Notes: generated by a model from the sequence alone, not told the origin. A DNA stretch of 32,000 nucleotides from Vibrio vulnificus CMCP6 (GCF_000039765.1 NC_004459.3:2301127-2333126); one strand, 5' to 3'. Positions 8,861 to 17,176 are shown, counted from the first letter of the stretch. Made by a program: numbers and translations.

Positions 8861-8957
8861 TTATCCCCTTCCTACTTGAAGCGGCGGCAGTGTTGGCTAC
8901 GTTCATGGGGATTCATTCACTTGCCGACTACCTTAAACTCCAAGTGGTTTGGGTATA
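8861..8957. repeat. ERIC/IRU-like imperfect-palindromic intergenic repeat (short variant)
   Basis: The minus-strand reading is TATACCCAAACCACTTGGAGTTTAAGGTAGTCGGCAAGTGAATGAATCCCCATGAACGTAGCCAACACTGCCGCCGCTTCAAGTAGGAAGGGGATAA. It matches the ERIC consensus as I recall it in three places: the TATACCC... end, the GGCAAGTGAGTGAATCCCCAGGAGC core (ERIC1R primer region) and ...AGCCAACGCAC..CTTGAAGTA..GGGTAT. About 27 bp of the central core appear to be missing. The two halves are imperfectly complementary. Confidence 0.55.
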
Positions 8958-9116
8958 TTGTTATTAAGTGTTGTTGACTTATTTGTAATAGTTTTCATTT
9001 ATGATACTTGCTTTATATGTAAATTATCATCTTTGAAACAAGCTATTGTTGAGTAATTTGAAGTTGGTGACACTTTTGTTACGTGGTCGGATCTCGTTGC
9101 GCGAAAAATGTCCGTT

Positions 9117-9983
9117 TTAAACGCAAAAAGGGCAGTTTTCGCGTGTCAGCCCATCAGTGCCGGCCAACCTTGCTAAATGCTGTTTTCCCTGCGTAATACC
9201 CATTTGATAGCCTTGATGAAGTTTGCTTTGATTCATCGTTAACCGTTTCACCTTAAAACCTTCTTCTGGCGCAATCACTCGGATAGTGGCATCGGCTGGT
9301 GGGAAGCGAATAAACGCCAATGCCGCATTGTAATTTTGGGCTCGTTGACGCAGCGCTTTAGCGATAGCGGGTTGACGTGACAACAAGGTGTTGGTGAGCC
9401 AAGTGTGGCGACTTTCTGGCATCTCGTAGCTCAATGGGTGCGACAACACCACCGTTATGTCACGAGCGCCTTGGCGATACGCTTCTTTCACAGGAATGGA
9501 ATCCGAGACCCCGCCATCGGTAAAACAACTGCCTGCAAAGCAAGGTGGTTGGCGATAAGCAATAGGCAAGGCGCAGCTCGCTTCCAATAATTGATTCACA
9601 TTCTGCTTAGTTAGCTGTTGATAGTGTGGCAACCCTGTTGCTATGTCAGTGGTGGTGGCCAGCAAACGCGTGTTTGTAAAGAGACGTTCTGCCTCAATGG
9701 GGTAGCGACGCATGGATTCGTCAACCAACCATTTTACGTCCACCAAATCGCCCCCTTTGATAAAGCGTTTTGGGTTATAAAAACGCTGAGATGTGGCCAA
9801 TTTAGTGATGACATTAAAACTACGCCCTTGAGCGTTCGCCAAATAGCCAACCAAATTGGATGCGCCTGCCGACACCCCAATAGCCAGATCAAAAGGTTGA
9901 TAATTTTTCTGCAAAAATGCGTCCAATACGCCGCTGGCAAATACGCCGCGCATTGCGCCCCCTTCCACGACCAGTGCTTTCAT
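9117..9983 (-). CDS. Patatin-like phospholipase
   Basis: 288 aa. It has an oxyanion loop GGAMRGVFASG, a nucleophile elbow GVSAGA (GxSxG) and the Asp of the Ser-Asp dyad in TDGGVSD. Confidence 0.85.
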   Translation of the reverse strand: MKALVVEGGAMRGVFASGVLDAFLQKNYQPFDLAIGVSAGASNLVGYLANAQGRSFNVITKLATSQRFYNPKRFIKGGDLVDVKWLVDESMRRYPIEAERLFTNTRLLATTTDIATGLPHYQQLTKQNVNQLLEASCALPIAYRQPPCFAGSCFTDGGVSDSIPVKEAYRQGARDITVVLSHPLSYEMPESRHTWLTNTLLSRQPAIAKALRQRAQNYNAALAFIRFPPADATIRVIAPEEGFKVKRLTMNQSKLHQGYQMGITQGKQHLARLAGTDGLTRENCPFCV

Positions 9984-10134
9984 CTCTCTTTACCGTTTAG
10001 ATTCACTCTAGTCTGCAAGGCTAAAACAACCGGGCGGGATGTCGTAGTCGGTTGTGTTTATCGTTGAAATAGGAGGCGTCTATTAATGGCTGAGTGAATG
10101 GTGGGGCTTGGGCTTAGAGGCTTCGATTTGAGCG

Positions 10135-10881
10135 CTACGGACACTCTTGGTCATCGAGCATTTTCTCATAGCAACCATTGGCAATGAGCTTTTTCATACC
10201 GTCTTCATAGGCATCGAGCAGCGCTTTGCCACGCGGTGTTTTTTGAAACAACAGGAACATAGGCTCACTGAGAAGCGGCTTGGGATCCGTCATGATCACG
10301 CGTTCGTCATACCCCGTCACTTGGTTGATGAGTAAGCGTCCGACGCGTTTTTCCGCGGGCACGGCGTCAATTCTTCCCCGATGAAGTTTGTGGAAATTCT
10401 CTTTTTGATTGGAACTGATGAGAGGAAATACTTTGTGCTGTCGCAACAGCAACGTCGAGGAAAAACCTTCTACACCGCCAATACGGTAGTTAGCCAAATC
10501 AGAAATAGCACCCCAGCGAATGGGCATCGACTCACGGTAAAAAATCACCGTTTCTGCAAAGACGATTGGCGTAGGAGATTGGTAAAAAATCTGTCGGCGT
10601 GCTTGATTGCTATACCAAGGGAAAGTGGCGTCTGCTTTTTCATGCTCGACAAGTTTAGTGCTACGAACCCAAGGATGGTATGAGTAGCGCACTTCGTAAC
10701 CTTGACTGGTGTAGATCTGGCTGATGATTTTCTCCAGTGTACCTTGATGCTCACTGGTATAAGGTGCCCATTCGCCAATCGCAAAATGGACGACGTCCGG
10801 CTGGTTAGGCGGCGCTGCGGCGACAACACCGTTAGCGGTCATAACGAACAGACAAAGTGACAAGATCGGTTTATGTATCAA
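10135..10881 (-). CDS. Periplasmic substrate-binding protein (SBP family 3-like), solitary
   Basis: 248 aa with a signal peptide (ILSLCLFVMTANGVVAAAP). The overall pattern (FAIGEWAPYTS..., GRIDAVP, two-lobe length) resembles type-3 amino-acid-binding proteins. The start is TTG. No permease or ATPase gene is adjacent. Confidence 0.6.
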   Translation of the reverse strand: MIHKPILSLCLFVMTANGVVAAAPPNQPDVVHFAIGEWAPYTSEHQGTLEKIISQIYTSQGYEVRYSYHPWVRSTKLVEHEKADATFPWYSNQARRQIFYQSPTPIVFAETVIFYRESMPIRWGAISDLANYRIGGVEGFSSTLLLRQHKVFPLISSNQKENFHKLHRGRIDAVPAEKRVGRLLINQVTGYDERVIMTDPKPLLSEPMFLLFQKTPRGKALLDAYEDGMKKLIANGCYEKMLDDQECP

Positions 10882-11154
10882 TGTGCTCTACTCGGTTTTA
10901 TGTCGAACGAGGTGACCGTCGTTAAGCGTCGCTTTGACGAACGGGTTATTAGAGTGTAGCAAAGCGAACTGACTTGTCGTGACATTCGCCCTAGGTTGAA
11001 AGGCTAGGTTCTCACTTTGCTAAGTGGGTTGAACTCGCAGAAATGACATTGCTTGGTGCAAAACGCCGTGGTTGATCACAACAAATTAACAATTGATTTT
11101 TTCCCAACGAGCGACAAGTTAAAATAGCGCCATAAATCATTGAAGTTAATCGGT

Positions 11155-12069
11155 ATGATCTGGAATTTTATTCTCAACCCGCAAGCTGGCGGAGGAAAAG
11201 CACTTCGCTTTTGGCAGCAACTCAAGCCTTTACTTTCTCAACACAATATCAAGCATCATTTCCATCAAACTCAATACCAAGGGCATGCCAAAGTTCTCAG
11301 CAAAGAGTTGGCAGAGCAAGGCGAACGCGCGTTTGTAGCGATCGGGGGAGATGGAAGCGTTAACGAACTGCTTCAAGGGATCTTTGAATCTGATTGCGAT
11401 TTACAAGAATTTGTTCTTACCGTCGCGCCGCAAGGGACGGGCAATGATTGGGCGCGCTATCACCACATTCCCAAAAGTCCAAATGCGTGGCTTGAATTTC
11501 TTCAAGCAGCCAATGTGGTCGAACATGATGTGGGTGTGGTGGAGTATGGTGACGATTTTTTACAGCAGCATGTGTTCATCAATATGGCGGGTTGTGGGCT
11601 TGATTGCCACATATTGCAGCAAATGGGATGCGCGGGTGGTAAGTCACTGCGTTACTACTCTACGCTGCTGAGTTCTCTTTATGGTTATCAAGGTCGCACG
11701 TTGCACTTCAAACGTTTGGATGACTCTTCTTCGCAAGATGTTGCCAGAACGGTCCTACTCAGCATGTTTTGCATCGGCCGTTATGGTGGTGCCGGGATGG
11801 ATTTTTCCCCGAAAGCGCACCATCAATCGGGTGTATTACACTCCGTTTGTGTGGAAGATATGCCGTTTTTGAAGCGTCTTTTCAGTTTGCCGTATTTACT
11901 CAATGGAAAAATCGAACAGCACAGCCGAGTGCAAGCGGAAACAATGCGCGCACTGTTAGTGGCAGGTGAAGATACTGCCTTGTTCCAATGCGATGGTGAA
12001 TTGATTGGAGAGTTGCCAGCTCGGCTGACGCTTCGCCCTTGCGCTATACGAGTACTAACAAGGCGTTAG
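11155..12069 (+). CDS. YegS/BmrU-type lipid (diacylglycerol-family) kinase
   Basis: DAGK catalytic-domain motifs are present: ILNPQAGGGKA, VAIGGDGSVNE and GTGNDWAR. I prefer the ATG at 11155 (MIWNFILNP...). The track start at 11140 is a TTG 5 codons upstream, and neither has a strong SD. Confidence 0.8.
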   Translation: MIWNFILNPQAGGGKALRFWQQLKPLLSQHNIKHHFHQTQYQGHAKVLSKELAEQGERAFVAIGGDGSVNELLQGIFESDCDLQEFVLTVAPQGTGNDWARYHHIPKSPNAWLEFLQAANVVEHDVGVVEYGDDFLQQHVFINMAGCGLDCHILQQMGCAGGKSLRYYSTLLSSLYGYQGRTLHFKRLDDSSSQDVARTVLLSMFCIGRYGGAGMDFSPKAHHQSGVLHSVCVEDMPFLKRLFSLPYLLNGKIEQHSRVQAETMRALLVAGEDTALFQCDGELIGELPARLTLRPCAIRVLTRR

Positions 12070-12076
12070 AACTGGG

Positions 12077-12116
12077 TGTATTATTAAGTTTACACTTTTG
12101 GATAAAATGCATTACA
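12077..12116 (+). promoter_or_regulatory. Two tandem TyrR boxes upstream of tyrP
   Basis: Box 1 at 12077-12094 is TGTATT-ATTAAG-TTTACA (10/12 to TGTAAA-N6-TTTACA). Box 2 at 12099-12116 is TGGATA-AAATGC-ATTACA (9/12). Both keep the G(2)/C(17) pair and are separated by 4 bp. They lie ~130 bp upstream of the tyrP ATG. Confidence 0.5.
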
Positions 12117-12244
12117 TTTTGCTTGATCTAAAAATGAAGATGCTACAAAATCGCCATCAACCTAGTTAATTTGGTGGTGATGATTCTCTTTTCTACCATT
12201 TGTCTCTAGGCCTATACTCTATTCCGTAAATATAAGAATACACT

Positions 12245-13450
12245 ATGAGCCGTTCAAAGATTTTTGGTAGTACTTTGATTATTGCAGGCACCACTATTGG
12301 TGCTGGAATGCTTGCATTGCCCCTTGCTTCAGCAGGGATTGGTTTTTCCACCTCCGTCATGATTATGATCGGCTTTTGGGTTTTGATGTCGTATACCGCG
12401 TTGTTGATGGTGGAGCTCCATCAAGAGGCAGATAGAAGTGCGACGCTGCACACGCTGGCAAAACAAATTCTAGGCACGAAAGGAAAATGGGTTGCCAGTT
12501 TCGCTATGCTGTTTCTGTTTTACGCGCTTTGCGCGGCTTACATTGCTGGTGGTGGTGCGCAGTTTGGTGAACGCGTTGCTGCTTGGTTTTCCATCGAAAT
12601 GGATGCCTCTGTGGCAACGGTCATTTTTACCGTGATTGTGGCTGCGGTGGTGACCAGTGGCACGGCGACCGTCGATAAAGTAAACCGCGTTTTATTTGGT
12701 TTGAAAATGGTTGCCATGGTCGCGGTGCTTTTCTTTCTTGCTCCTAACGTGACGGAATCTTACTTGCTCAGTATGCCGATTCAACAAGGGTTGATTGTCG
12801 CTGCTCTGCCAGTCATTTTTACGTCGTTTGGTTTCCACAGCAGCATTCCTGCTATTGTGAATTACCTTGATGGGGACACCAAAGCGCTGCGCAAAGCGAT
12901 TGTCATTGGCTCGTCCATCCCTCTGGTTATTTATGTGTTCTGGCAACTGGTCACGCTTGGCGTGGTGAATCAAGAGGTACTGCTTAATAACTCAGGGTTG
13001 ACGGCGTTGATTGCCCAGTTGGCCGCGAAAGTTCAGCAATCTTACTTAAGCCAATTGGTAGGCGTGTTCGCGGACTTGGCACTGTTAACCTCATTTTTAG
13101 GGGTGAGCCTAGGTTTGTTTGAGTTTCTTGGCGATGTCATCAAGAAGAGTGGTCAGAAACAAAATCGCGTCATTCCTGCTGTGGTGACATTTACACCGCC
13201 GCTGATGTTTGCGCTTTTCTACCCACAGGGCTTCATTATGGCGCTTGGTTACGCCGCAATTGCATTGGCTGTTTTGGCGATTTTCTTGCCGGTGGTGATG
13301 GTAAACAAAGTACGTAAATCACCAGAGAAGCAGGGGAGTTACCAAGTGGCTGGTGGACAATTAGCGCTAACGCTCACAGGTGTGACCGGGGTTGTGATTG
13401 TTGCTGCTCAGATCCTGATAACCGTTGGGGTTCTGCCTGCGTTAGGGTAA
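12245..13450 (+). CDS. tyrP: Tyrosine-specific transport protein (HAAAP family)
   Basis: 401 aa with about 11 TM segments. It is collinear with E. coli TyrP as I recall it (IAGTTIGAGMLALPLA, FxxxYALxAAYIxG, LPVIFTSFGFHxSIPxIVxYxDG, FADLALxTSFLGVxLGLFE, ALFYPxGFxMALGYA). Confidence 0.85.
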   Translation: MSRSKIFGSTLIIAGTTIGAGMLALPLASAGIGFSTSVMIMIGFWVLMSYTALLMVELHQEADRSATLHTLAKQILGTKGKWVASFAMLFLFYALCAAYIAGGGAQFGERVAAWFSIEMDASVATVIFTVIVAAVVTSGTATVDKVNRVLFGLKMVAMVAVLFFLAPNVTESYLLSMPIQQGLIVAALPVIFTSFGFHSSIPAIVNYLDGDTKALRKAIVIGSSIPLVIYVFWQLVTLGVVNQEVLLNNSGLTALIAQLAAKVQQSYLSQLVGVFADLALLTSFLGVSLGLFEFLGDVIKKSGQKQNRVIPAVVTFTPPLMFALFYPQGFIMALGYAAIALAVLAIFLPVVMVNKVRKSPEKQGSYQVAGGQLALTLTGVTGVVIVAAQILITVGVLPALG

Positions 13451-13466
13451 TAATGGTGATGATGTT

Positions 13467-13495
13467 GGGCTGGTTAACACAACCAGCCCTTTTTG
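13467..13495 (+). terminator. Rho-independent terminator of tyrP
   Basis: GGGCTGGTT-AACAC-AACCAGCCC followed by TTTTTG, 17 nt after the tyrP stop. Confidence 0.8.
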
Positions 13496-13518
13496 TATCA
13501 ACTGTTCAGAGGTGCAAC

Positions 13519-13902
13519 ATGATAGCGATGACTCAGCTCGATCACCTAGTCTTAACCGTTAAAGACATTCCGACCTCTGTGGCGTTTTACACCCACTGTT
13601 TGGGGATGGAGAAGCAGGAATTCGCTGGTGGACGCATCGCACTCAACTTTGGGCAACAGAAGATCAACCTTCATCAGTGGCAGCACGAATTTGAACCTAA
13701 GGCGGGTCATGTGCAACCTGGCAGTGCCGATCTCTGTTTTATCACCAATACGCCTATCCAAGAGGTCGCTACGTGGTTTACACAATGTGGTATTGAGATT
13801 GAAGAGGGGCCGGTTCAAAGAACGGGCGCTACCGGGCCGATTCTCTCGGTTTACATTCGCGATCCGGACATGAACTTGATTGAAGTGGCCAACCGCTTCT
13901 AG
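13519..13902 (+). CDS. VOC-family (glyoxalase/bleomycin-resistance/dioxygenase fold) protein
   Basis: 127 aa from ATG 13519 (MIAMTQLDHLVLTVKD...), with SD GAGGTG at 13509-13514. It has a typical VOC beta-alpha-beta-beta-beta start and a C-terminal VYIRDPDxNLIE. The 22-codon 5' extension in the track spans the tyrP terminator and is rejected. Confidence 0.75.
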   Translation: MIAMTQLDHLVLTVKDIPTSVAFYTHCLGMEKQEFAGGRIALNFGQQKINLHQWQHEFEPKAGHVQPGSADLCFITNTPIQEVATWFTQCGIEIEEGPVQRTGATGPILSVYIRDPDMNLIEVANRF

Positions 13903-14151
13903 CTTTATAACAGTGATAAGACCAGTCAGAAAAATGTCGTCCGTTTTGATTACTTCATCAAAATAAATGGCTTATTTTTAGTCAAAAAAATGGATGTTAA
14001 TGTAGATCAAACAATCTGCATTTTGCAGCTCTTCCGTCAGGCGAGTGCTCTTTTTTGTTCCTACAATTAGGAGTGTTGGGAGACAAAATAGACGGAGCAA
14101 TAGGCAAGCGTGAAGGCTGGCCCTCTTTTGCTGCGTGTAAAGGAGCTGGGA

Positions 14152-15294
14152 ATGGAACTGCTAAGTGAAGTCAACAATTGTGCTTATTTTCATCACGCTA
14201 ATTCATTGAATGAGCAACTGGAAAGCATTCGTGATCGCATGCGTATCCATGAGCCTAGTATCGATAGGATTTCGTTTGCACTGTTTGATGAAGATGACAA
14301 CCAATTGAAAACCTATGCTGACAGCAGTGGTTTGTATCCTGAACTGGCTCACTTTAGTGCCTATTTGGATGAACTGCCTATGTTACAGCGTTGTGTCGAA
14401 GAGCAGAGCCACCGTATTGTTGCGGATTTAAACAGCTTGGCATGCAGCAAGCATGTGGTATCGCTTCTTCAAGCAGGCTATCGTTCATCGGCTGCCATTC
14501 CATGCTTTGAAAAAGACAAGTTTGTGGGTTTTCTCTTCCTGAACTCGCGAGAAGTGGACGCGTTTGATGAAGGGCTGATCGACAAACTTCAGCCTTACAT
14601 TGATATGGTGAAATTCACCATTGTCTCTGAATATCAGATTGTGCACGCCATTGCGGATTGTGCAGAACGAACTCAAGCGTTGTTTCCTGTTTACCATAAA
14701 GATTCTTGTGCGCACAAAGAGCGCATGAGCCATTACACCCGTATTATTGCCCATGACATGGCGGCGGAGTGGTCGCTAGACGACGAAACCATAGAGCACC
14801 TCTCTCTTTTCGCCCGCTTCCACGATTTGGGTAAAGTGAGACTCGACATCGAACTGGTGTGCAAAACCGATACGCTGGATGCGCAAGAACGCAATACGAT
14901 GCGTAATCACGTGGAAAATGGCATTGAAATCATGGACCGTATTCTTGAATCTCTGGGCAATCCTCATCACCCAAGTATCACGCTGTTGCAGCAAATCATG
15001 GCCTATCACCATGAGTTTTTAGATGGCTCAGGTTATCCATTTGGTTTGAAAGGGGAGGAAATCCCTCCTGCTGCAAGAATTGTCTCGGTGGCGAATGTGT
15101 TTGATGCACTCACCACACACAGACCTTATCGCCAAGCTTGGTCGGTGACGCATGCCTTGCTAGAGCTTGAAAAAATGGTGATTGCAGGAAAACTGGATCG
15201 CTGCTGTGTGAATGCGCTGCGTGAACACCAAGAAGAGCTGCGTGATGTTGTGGCGCGTTTTCCAGAGCACGACCCCAAAGATGGTTTCTACTAA
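14152..15294 (+). CDS. HD-GYP domain phosphodiesterase with N-terminal GAF-like sensor region
   Basis: 380 aa from ATG 14152, with SD AAGGAG 6 nt upstream. The C-terminal HD-GYP signature is present (HKERMSHY, ARFHDLGKV, YHHEFLDGSGYPFG, NVFDALTTHRPYRQA). The ~190-aa N-terminal domain has a GAF-like pattern. Confidence 0.8.
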   Translation: MELLSEVNNCAYFHHANSLNEQLESIRDRMRIHEPSIDRISFALFDEDDNQLKTYADSSGLYPELAHFSAYLDELPMLQRCVEEQSHRIVADLNSLACSKHVVSLLQAGYRSSAAIPCFEKDKFVGFLFLNSREVDAFDEGLIDKLQPYIDMVKFTIVSEYQIVHAIADCAERTQALFPVYHKDSCAHKERMSHYTRIIAHDMAAEWSLDDETIEHLSLFARFHDLGKVRLDIELVCKTDTLDAQERNTMRNHVENGIEIMDRILESLGNPHHPSITLLQQIMAYHHEFLDGSGYPFGLKGEEIPPAARIVSVANVFDALTTHRPYRQAWSVTHALLELEKMVIAGKLDRCCVNALREHQEELRDVVARFPEHDPKDGFY

Positions 15295-15428
15295 AGACCT
15301 TACTTTTAATAGGTAAAGACAATTAAATCTATAGATTCAATCGTTTTTACCTCTAATCTTCGTTCGCATAGACTACACCCATTGAGAGAAGAAAGGCTTC
15401 TCTAGCAAAAATAAATAAGGGTGATGCT

Positions 15429-15902
15429 ATGTCTAATACAAATTATATCGGTCTCGATCAGCAGCTAGCTCAAGCGTTGGCAGAACAACTCAATCAACTT
15501 CTTGCAAACTATCAAGTGCTTTACATGAACACTCGTGGTTACCACTGGAACATCAAAGGTCAGCAGTTTTTCGAATTGCACGTAAAATTTGAAGAAATCT
15601 ATACCGATCTGCAGGTGAAGGTGGATGAATTGGCAGAGCGTATTTTAACGCTTGGTTTTACACCAAAACACAGCTTTAGCACCTACTTACTAAACAGTGA
15701 GATTGCTGAACATCAAGATGTGTTCAGTGGCGAGGAGTCTGTTTCTGGTTTGGTGGATGGCTTTAGTAAGTTGTTGGTTAAGCAACGTGCCATTCTTAAG
15801 CAGGCAGGCGAAGCAGAAGATGAAGGTACCGCTGCGCTGATGGGAGATTACATCCGCGAGCAAGAAAAACTGTTGTGGATGCTTAACGCTTACCTCCAAT
15901 AA
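15429..15902 (+). CDS. dps: Dps, DNA starvation/stationary-phase protection ferritin-like protein
   Basis: 157 aa. Dps ferroxidase-site pattern is present (YMNTRGYHWNIKGQQFFELHVKFEEIYTDL...DELAERI). Confidence 0.9.
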   Translation: MSNTNYIGLDQQLAQALAEQLNQLLANYQVLYMNTRGYHWNIKGQQFFELHVKFEEIYTDLQVKVDELAERILTLGFTPKHSFSTYLLNSEIAEHQDVFSGEESVSGLVDGFSKLLVKQRAILKQAGEAEDEGTAALMGDYIREQEKLLWMLNAYLQ

Positions 15903-15953
15903 CGTGCCATTAGCAAACAGTCAATGACAAGTCGTGCTACGCGATTAGTTATT

Positions 15954-16022
15954 GACTGTATAAATGAACAGTATTTTGTTGACCAATGGAGTAAATTGAC
16001 TATACTGAGTATACATACAGTT
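15954..16022 (+). promoter_or_regulatory. Sigma70-type promoter overlapped by two LexA (SOS) boxes
   Basis: Box 1 at 15956-15971 is CTGTATAAATGAACAG, a perfect CTGT-N8-ACAG (20-mer GACTGTATAAATGAACAGTA). Box 2 at 16005-16020 is CTGAGTATACATACAG (one core mismatch; 20-mer TACTGAGTATACATACAGTT). Candidate -35 TTGACC (15979-15984) and -10 TATACT (16001-16006) have a 16-nt spacer, and box 2 overlaps the -10. Confidence 0.7.
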
Positions 16023-16041
16023 TCTTTGCGGAGGTGCAGTT

Positions 16042-16260
16042 ATGTTTTGGGATACTCTAGAACGTGTTAACCGACTCAGGCAGGAAGCCATGGCGAATCC
16101 TGAGTTTATTCAGTCAGCCAAAGAACACGAAAAAGCGCTTAGTGAGCAGGAAGTTGTCTATTGTCCACGGACAAAGCGCAGAGTGAAAAAGCCAAAATCT
16201 TTGGCCGACATTTATCAGCAATCAGAATTTGGGACAAGACCCGATGTCCACCAACATTAA
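16042..16260 (+). CDS. Small (72 aa) charged protein of unknown function, probable SOS-regulon member
   Basis: Strong SD GGAGG (16030-16034) lies 7 nt before the ATG. Twin LexA boxes are upstream and a rho-independent terminator is 9 nt downstream. The protein is hydrophilic with a basic patch (PRTKRRVKKPK). I recognise no family. Confidence 0.6.
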   Translation: MFWDTLERVNRLRQEAMANPEFIQSAKEHEKALSEQEVVYCPRTKRRVKKPKSLADIYQQSEFGTRPDVHQH

Positions 16261-16268
16261 AAATCAAT

Positions 16269-16300
16269 AAAGCCGCTATCGAAAGATAGCGGCTTCTTTG
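16269..16300 (+). terminator. Rho-independent terminator of the 72-aa gene
   Basis: AAGCCGCTATC-GAAA-GATAGCGGCTT followed by CTTTGT. Confidence 0.7.
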
Positions 16301-16339
16301 TATGGGGTCGATTGGGGGCACAAATCACATCGTATCGAG

Positions 16340-16894
16340 TTAAAAATCGGCTTTTTTAACAAAGTAAGGATTTTTGTATTTCTTCTCTGGACCAAATTCC
16401 TTGAACACCAATCGATTCCACAATTGCTTGTCGAAATTTTCTTTGGGAATCGCAGGATAAAGCGTTTCTAACTCTTCCCAAGCGTAGTTCATAAACTCTT
16501 TTTTCTTAATTTGGTTGTATTGACGCGCAATTTTGTTGTGTTTAGTGATCCATTCTTTCTTAAATAAAGCGAGCGCTTTCTCGGCTTCTTCCTGTGGCAT
16601 ACGAGAGAGGAAGACTCGCTTATAGGAGACTTTTCGGTCCACCATGGTACGCATGGCGGTTTGAATATATTTCCCATGATGTGTGATGGAACTTTCGCTC
16701 TCATCGACCAATGGAATACACCAACCTTTCGGAAAAAAGTCGTGCTTTTGGTACTGTTTATTACGTACCGTGAGGGCTTGATGCAAAACAAGATCAGACG
16801 TGCCGCGAAAGGTTTGTTGCCATTTGGCAATACGAATCTGCAGTGATCCTGGTAAACGATATATATTCGTAAATTTGTCTTCGTTCATGGACAT
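16340..16894 (-). CDS. Hypothetical Lys-rich protein (184 aa), no recognised domain
   Basis: This is the only long ORF in the interval. It is A/T- and Lys-rich relative to its neighbours and has a ~250-bp AT-rich upstream region. The N-terminal YRLPGSLQIRIAKW segment is vaguely reminiscent of AP2/integrase-arm-type beta-sheet DNA binders. That is a guess only. Confidence 0.55.
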   Translation of the reverse strand: MSMNEDKFTNIYRLPGSLQIRIAKWQQTFRGTSDLVLHQALTVRNKQYQKHDFFPKGWCIPLVDESESSITHHGKYIQTAMRTMVDRKVSYKRVFLSRMPQEEAEKALALFKKEWITKHNKIARQYNQIKKKEFMNYAWEELETLYPAIPKENFDKQLWNRLVFKEFGPEKKYKNPYFVKKADF

Positions 16895-17143
16895 ATTACA
16901 CAGTAGTTAAAGGTGATAGATATGACGAATAACAACCAGTCTTTCTGTTGGAGTAGTTATTTAAAGATGAAAGACACTGACAGTCTCACTCAAGTATAGG
17001 TATTTAACGGCTTCACAAGCAGTCAAAATCGTGAGACGACAAAATTGTACAATAAATATCTCATGAAATGCGAGTGGTTTATCGCTTCTAACCTAGGGGT
17101 AAATTGTAAATTTATTAAGAAATCACGTGGAATTAACGTAAGG

Positions 17144-17176
17144 ATAAGCCGTGCCTTAGATTCTGGCACGGCTTAT
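17144..17176 (-). terminator. Perfect 12-bp stem-loop 27 nt downstream of the ABC-exporter operon (terminator or 3' stabiliser)
   Basis: ATAAGCCGTGCC (17144-17155) and GGCACGGCTTAT (17165-17176) pair around a 9-nt loop. There is no clear U-tract on either strand, so intrinsic termination is uncertain. Confidence 0.45.

Noticed and set aside
9117-9983. Patatin-like lipase as a defence (CBASS-type) effector
   Set aside because: No cyclase, CD-NTase, sensor or other defence-associated gene is adjacent. The gene is flanked by ordinary housekeeping-type genes.
9618-10067. 149-aa ORF antisense to the patatin gene (and the similar 9405-9590 and 9734-9940 ORFs)
   Set aside because: These are shadow ORFs within a motif-supported CDS, with no SD and an odd Cys/Gln-rich composition.
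13453-13518. 22-codon N-terminal extension of the VOC-family ORF
   Set aside because: The extension spans the tyrP rho-independent terminator (13467-13495). The ATG at 13519 has a GAGGTG SD and gives the normal VOC domain start.
15329-15373. OxyR-type ATAG-N7-CTAT periodic motif upstream of dps
   Set aside because: An ATAG and a CTATAG palindrome are present, but the remaining three tetranucleotide positions match poorly at the required spacing.
15917-15959. 9-bp inverted repeat ACAGTCAAT ... ATTGACTGT after dps, as a terminator
   Set aside because: The loop is 25 nt and no T-tract follows. The right arm overlaps LexA box 1, so the symmetry may be incidental.
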